A stretch of DNA of 56,692 bases, filler included, from Diploschistes diacapsis (Eukaryota): NCBI GenBank assembly GCA_023645945.1. It is 5 parts of 5 records of this genome, joined end to end, with 100 filler letters (N's around TTAATTAATTAA, not from the genome) between each part and the next. Parts side by side here need not be neighbours in the genome. Positions count along the whole stretch, not along the records: positions 45,452 to 56,692 come from JALAIB010000848.1; 4 more parts are not named here. One strand, 5' to 3'. The translations under genes were made by a program, and so were the position numbers. Below, piece after piece: positions 50,618 through 56,692 of this stretch. How positions within the stretch are numbered: the stretch's first letter is position 1; every line of letters begins with the position of its first letter. The notes under the pieces are model-generated. The model worked only from the letters and a program-made list of their open reading frames with translations, did no database searches and was not told where the DNA came from.

Positions 50618-53030
50618 TCAGCGCTTGGCCCGTGTACTAGTAGCTACGGCCGGAGCAGGCTCGAAAGCATCCCCGTCGCTGTCATCCTCGTCCTCTATAT
50701 AATCGCTAAGGTCGTGTGTAGCTTGTGCTCTGCTCGCTCTAGTCCCCCGTGAAGATGCCTGTGTCGCTTTGCGTGCCGGCTGCTTCTTTGTTACAGCCGC
50801 TGGTTTACTGGCAGTCTTGGTCGTTCCTCGCTGAGATTGTTTAACAAAGAGAGGAAAGAGCTGGGAGTCGTCTTGGTCGCCGGCGTCGTCCATGATAACG
50901 TCGTCATCCTCATCATCGTCTTCCTCGACCACTTTCTTCTTGCGTCCGCGCGTCGACTTACTTGCTGGGGCAGCTTTCTTAGCTGCGGGAATAGCCTTCT
51001 TGGCCGCCACAGCCTTGGTTGTGCCGTTCTGCCGACCTCTGCCTCGTGCAACAGGCGCAGGAGCAGATGCAATTGATTCGCCGTCTTCATCGCCTTGATC
51101 CTCGTCTATGTCTGCATATTCTATTGCTCCTGGGTTATCAGACCAGGAACCATCCATATCTGAATCCCAATTGTCTGGCCTTGGCTTCATTTTCCGCCGC
51201 CGGGAGCTTTTAAGATGGCCAGCGGCGAAAAGACCTTCCATGCGAGATTTGTTCAATTCCAGTTCGTTCTGTAGATCATCCTCTTCATCATCGCCATTGA
51301 GCGATAGCAGATGATTCACCTGGGACTTTAGACTATCGTCGACGAAAGCCTCCATTGCATGCTTGTCGTCTTTATCAACAAATTGAGTTACCGCATCACC
51401 AAAGGAATTTTGCGGGAGAATAGTCAAGGACTGCGCGGTCAGGAATTCGCGGACAAGTTTCTCAACCTTGACAGAATCAAGAGTTGCTGATTCGAGGACT
51501 GACTGGTCTGGCACCTCGACGTTTTTCAGACCTTTGCGGACCGCTGCAGTCTTCCTTCGCCAAAATTGTACGACGTCTGTAGTGTTGGCAACCCTTTGTG
51601 CAAACCGATTGGAAAAGCGCTGGGGGTTCTCACAATCGAACAAGCCACCTTCAGGTGCAGTGTACTCGACCCTAAGTCGGACCAGTGGTAGGGGAGTCTC
51701 AACCTGCTCTTCCGAGTCATTTTGCTCATGAAGTTCCTGCCATTCTGTGTTTGCTTCATTTATGAGCTCTTCCACGATTTCCATCAAACGACGTGTGATG
51801 TCGCCCCTGTTATTTTCCTTCTTGGCAAGCTTTTTCGTGACTTTGTCTTCTGCTAAGGATATGTCCTTTACCTTGAAAGGCCGGACCGACTTGAGACGGA
51901 TCGGCTCGGAGCTATATTCTCGACCAGTGATACTCAGAATGCAGGCATGCTTTGGCTCGGCTTCGCCTTGTACTAGAGACGTTGCGACCGTTGAGCCTGG
52001 TTGGATGATGTCAAAGTTCGTTTCCGCGTTGGGTCGCGGGTATATCAAGGACTCATGTTCGTGGCCCCAGATGACTAGGTCCATCCAAGATGGCAGGAAG
52101 TTTTCCGGCAGATAACCAGTCTCTGTGTAAGCGTGGCTAGCTGCGGATTAGTCAGAGAACTGCAATAATGTAGTGTCGAGGATTACCGATTCTGGTGAAC
52201 GCTCATGAGGTTGAACCAATCAGATTTCTGTTGTGAAGGCTGGAAGAACTTGACTTTCCCGTCTCTAAAAGTCCGGAAAAGACGTTCGTCCCGGACATTG
52301 CTCATGCCGTACAAAGCAAGCTTGGTGCGCCCTTTCTGCAACAAGACAGGTTTGATCTCAATATTGTCAGATTCGTGGGTACGCCCATAATAGTTAAGAA
52401 GGCCGCCGATCTGGAGAAGGTCCAGAGCAGCAAGATGGCTTTCCTACATATGGTCAATGCAATTCAGGATTTGTCCACTGCATAGCTTTACCCCTGTAGG
52501 GTCATCGTGATTACCATGGATTGAGAAGACAGGGATTGCAACGTTGATATCTGGGTCTTCGTAGTTGACGTGGTCAAACGTGCTAAAGCCATTTAACTTC
52601 TTTATCTTACAGCTCAATAGCAAGCACTTACCCCTCGAAAGCCTCTGTTTTGTCGCTCAGTATCTCCAGCTCACAAGGCTTCTCGCCCAGACAGTTACTC
52701 CGCAGAGAACGCATGACTTGATAATAAGCCTGGCGTGAAGGCTCTAGCAGGACATTAGTCTTTCGCCAACGTGAAACTAGTGAACTTGCTATTGTCATGA
52801 AAGAGGTCGCCCGCCAGAAGAACCATGTCCACGTCTCGCTCCTTAGCTAGTGTCATAACTTCATCAAAGGTCCTCCAGCTATCATCCTTTCGAATTGGAT
52901 CTCGCTCCTCAAAGCCAACATGGTTATCTGTCGATACGAGTATGCGAATAGTATCGCTTGCTGTACAGGATCTATTAACTTCAAGTATAGCACATTGGGC
53001 TTGCGTAACTCGCTCACTGTTAGGTGGCAT
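50618..53030 (-). CDS. MRE11: Double-strand break repair nuclease Mre11 (multi-exon)
   Basis: It has phosphoesterase motifs [29 protein letters not shown] and WGHEH, plus [21 protein letters not shown] and [10 protein letters not shown]. Confidence 0.97.
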
Positions 53031-53682
53031 CGTGATTCGACTTCTTTATGATCTTACAGATACAGTGCTATGCATATGTAATAAAATTGTGAGAGGTTAG
53101 TATTGAGGAGATCCTCGAAAAATGCCTGCAGCAGTGACTTAAGAGAAAACGAAGACGAGACGGCTTACGAGGCCATAATATCAAACCTCCTCTCTGTTGT
53201 TGGTGCCTGTCGACAAATCGCCACATCACGTGCAGTCAATCTACGCGACGGTGACTAAGCGCTCATTCCAAAACACCTAGCAAAAACCTTGAGGTGCTTC
53301 TCAAGTTTTCTGCTAAAATGGAATTTGTCGCCTACAAGAGGCACTTTAACGTGTAAAGCAATAATCACCTTGCGAAATCCACAATGCTTGTGGTATCAGA
53401 TAAGTCATATTCAGTGCTGCCTTGGCCTGGTTTTCTTCCTCCTTTCTTGGCCAACCAGATTCCTCTAGTTCAGCTAGTCTAGCTAGGCTCTCCGGCGCTC
53501 AAGGCTGCGATGCAGCCTTGTGCAGTGCATGTGGATAAGCATGCCAAACTGGCAATTTGAATACTTAAGAGGCTTCAAGTAGCACTCGATTTTCATCTGT
53601 TGCATATTCGAATTGAGCTTGAATCATAGTGCTTTGTCTTTTCCTCTGGAGCCCCTATATATTCTAGTATAATTTCTCTGCG

Positions 53683-56071
53683 ATGCGTGACGGAAGTTTA
53701 ACATTTCAGGGCGCTCTTGATAAATTCTGGACTGCAAACCTTGGGCATGGGAGGCCTCCACGCCAGCGTCAGTGTCTCTATGAACCTTGACTTTCCCGTC
53801 CGAAACTAACTGCTCTTCAGCATTCTCCGTTCTACCTCGGAATACACATGCCAAGCTTGATCGTCGACGCACACCAAAGGGCAACCTGCTCGGCGGAAGT
53901 GTCGCAGATTCTTACCTAGAAGCTGTATCAGAATGTGAATTCAAAGTGGCACAGATTGTAGCCGACTGCAAGAGGAACAACATCAAGTACAGCGATCCGG
54001 ATTTCAATCTTTCGGATTTCCGTCACTGTATAAATCCACTGGGTGTACCGAAACAGGACAACGACAACGATGAGGGTTCAGTGATATCCATACACGATGA
54101 AAGAGATTTCCCAGCCTGCGTCAAGCGGGTCGGAGACGTCTTCGAGGAACCAAAATTCTATGCCGGGAATGGACCCAAGGTTCATAGCACACGGCAAGGT
54201 GCATACGGTGACTGCTGGTTCATCTCTGCTCTGGGATCGCTGTGCGTTGGCGAAAAGGACCCATTGCTCATACAGAAGATATGCCCAGTGAATGCTCGTG
54301 ACGAGAAAGTGGGTGTGTACGGATTCGTTTTCTACAGAGATGGAGAGTGGTTCTCCGAGATCATCGATGATAAGCTTTACTTGTCCTTCCCAAACTATGA
54401 CGACTGGAAAGAAAAGGGAAAATCGATGTGGTCCGCGTCCAAGTCTAGGCTGCCTGCGCAGATTCGTCGTGATGAGTTTCTAAATACATATCAACGCAAC
54501 TCGCAAGCCCTGCATTATGGTTCAAGCACAGATCCAAACGAAACATGGGTGCCGCTTTTAGAGAAAGCCTATGCTAAAGCCCACGGCGACTACGGTTCAA
54601 TTCGAGCCGGACGCCAGGGGTAAGAAAGTATTGTTGTTTGCTTGGATAGTTTGCTAATGAGACCGGTAGGGAAGGTGTTGAAGACTTAACAGGCGGTGTA
54701 TCGACTGCGATTTTGACTGCAGATGTCCTCGATATCGACGAATTATGGACTGGAGGTCTCATGGAAGTTAACAAAGAGTTTTTGTTTGGCGCAGGGACGC
54801 GAGAAGCCTGGAATCCAAGCCCCGTTGATTTGCAAGGTATCAAACACAATCATTCATATTGTGTTTTGAAAGCCGTGGAGTATGAGGGTCAACGCCTAGT
54901 GCAACTCAAGGATCCATGGGGGAATGGCGGCTGGACTGGGCCTTGGAGCGATGGGTCTAACGAGTGGACCGCGGATGCTCTGAAGGACCTTGAACATCGA
55001 TTCGACAATAATGGTATCTTCTGGATGCCCTACAAGCTCTTCCTTCAGCGCTTTGCGTGTCTGAGTCGGACAAGATTATTCAGTAATGAATGGAATATTA
55101 GTCAACGCTGGGCCATTATCCAGGTGCCTTGGTCAGGAGAGTGCAATGATACGAAGTTTGAGTTCGTTCTTCCGCAAGCTACTCCAGCAGTGATCGTGCT
55201 TTCAAAACTCGACGAACGCTATTTCGTAGGTCTCGAAGGCCCATATGATTTCACACTCGCTTTCAGGGTTTATGGATCCGGCAAAGAGAATTACTTGATC
55301 CAAGGCCACAACACTTATGAACGCTCAGCGAGCGCTGAGCTCGATCTGGAAGCTGGGGTATATGAAGTCTTCCTTCAAATCCACGCTACGCGGCTGGACG
55401 AAAAGCCAAAGGTTGAGGATGTCGTGAAAGAAAACTGGCTCACGCGACGCAAGAAGCTCGTTCGAATCGGCATGTCCCACGACATTGCTCACTATGCGGC
55501 GCAATCGCAAAGCGCCGACACCACCACTGACTTTGAATTCGTTGACACAGCAAATCAACCGCGTGCAATGTCCGAAGCTTCCGCTATGGGCAACACGCCT
55601 GCAGACTCTGAGGCATACGATGTGAAAATGGAGGTAACCGAGCGAGCCACACAAGAAACTCAACACTTTGGAGGGCAGCTGTATGCGATAGACAACGACG
55701 TTGATATAAGCAGAGTTCCATCCGCATCACCACCGCCATCGCACACCTACCGTGAGCGCCGGTCGGTGAGGAGAGTCTCTAGCAGAGCATCCCTTAATGG
55801 TGACGAACCACCTGGCCCAAGGAAGCATCCCGGACCTGCAGAGCCGTGGGACGCAATTTGTACGATTGGTCTAAGGATCTTTTGTCACAAAACCGCAGCT
55901 ACTATCAGGGCAATCAGCCAAGGCCGTAACAATGTTAGAAGCACCGCTAATCTTGATATCGACGATCCCGAGGAATATGCAAGGAGGCCGAAGACAAGGC
56001 CGAGGCCAAGGCCAACAGCGCGAAGACGAGATCTGAGCGGATGGAATGATGTCGGAGCACTCCTGGGATGA
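53683..56071 (+). CDS. Calpain-like cysteine protease (exons 53683-53767, 53821-54619, 54670-56071; 761 aa)
   Basis: CysPc motifs are RQGAYGDCWFISAL, IIDDKL, WVPLLEKAYAKAHGDY, EGVEDLTGG, HSYCVL, QLKDPWG..WTGPWSDGSNEW and GIFWM. Both introns splice in frame. Confidence 0.9.
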
Positions 56072-56372
56072 CTTGCTAGAAGTACTCCTTGGATAAACTC
56101 CTTGGATAATATGGATGTAGAGTGACTGACCCCGTAACGATGTAGATGACGACGATATTGTAATAATCTTGCCACCTCCAATATTGATTGCCTCCTTCAG
56201 AAAAGCGTTCGTTTTGAAGTAGAATATACAACCTTCGAGCTTTCCAGTGTGTGCTGGAGCTTGCCTCCCATTCAAAGATTCGCTTCCAACGCCTCCGCTA
56301 TGCCTCAAATATATTGCAACACCCTTCACACCACCTCTTTCTTCCCCACCCCTCAATCCTCCACCTGACCAT

Positions 56373-56692
56373 TCACTTATTTCTGCTCTGCTTATACGTA
56401 AACTTCTTCCTCGTCCTATGAATCCAAACTCAGTCAGCCCCCAGAATCCCAAAAACACACCCCCTCTGCCTCTCCCCTTCCCCCTCCGTTCCATCAGGGA
56501 AAAAAACAACTCACGGCGCAAACTCCCCCAACTTATGCCCCACCATATCCTCCGTGATGGTCACATCGTAATACACCTTCCCATTGTGCACCTGGAACTT
56601 GAGCCCGACGAAGCTGGGCAGGATGGTCGCGGCGCGCGCCTGCGTCCGGATGGGCGGCGGGGCCTTTTCGCCGGGTTGGGGGCGGACTATGG
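56373..56692 (-). CDS. RSM19: Mitochondrial ribosomal protein S19 (uS19m), 3' part; intron 56416-56514
   Basis: [60 protein letters not shown] is the uS19 signature. The 5' end lies beyond the window. Confidence 0.92.

Noticed and set aside
1..56692. tRNA, rRNA, CRISPR arrays, telomeric repeats
   Set aside because: None recognised by eye. tRNAscan-SE or Infernal would be needed to exclude small RNAs.

Overview
Eukaryotic (filamentous ascomycete, Pezizomycotina-type) genomic DNA with short spliceosomal introns. The window is not contiguous. It is five contigs of steadily decreasing length (11284, 11260, 11255, 11252, 11241 bp) joined by artificial 100-nt N/TTAATTAATTAA linkers, so adjacency across linkers means nothing. 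Contig 1 holds an AT-rich RIP-like tract, SLD2, a RING E3 ligase, a small 8-Cys secreted protein, a dead Zn2Cys6 factor and a HAD 'Swiss-army-knife' protein. Contig 2 holds the ADE13 3' end, the PKA regulatory subunit, an intact three-exon cellular reverse transcriptase (rvt class, ~896 aa) with an inverted-repeat-bounded ~290-bp element just upstream, and a pseudogene. Contig 3 is a decaying secondary-metabolite cluster: PLP enzyme, PTH11-like membrane protein, FSH esterase fragment, broken MFS, and a decapitated but still open HR-PKS. Contig 4 holds a monocarboxylate transporter, ERG26, a sulfotransferase-like pseudogene and an AT-hook orphan. Contig 5 holds an orphan, an aldehyde dehydrogenase, MRE11, a calpain-like protease with Asp in place of the catalytic Asn, and RSM19. 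The most interesting items are the rvt locus with its upstream element, the head-to-head MFS/PKS deletion junction, and recurrent sharp C-rich to G-rich strand-skew switches. All calls come from reading and translating by eye; no database searches were run.
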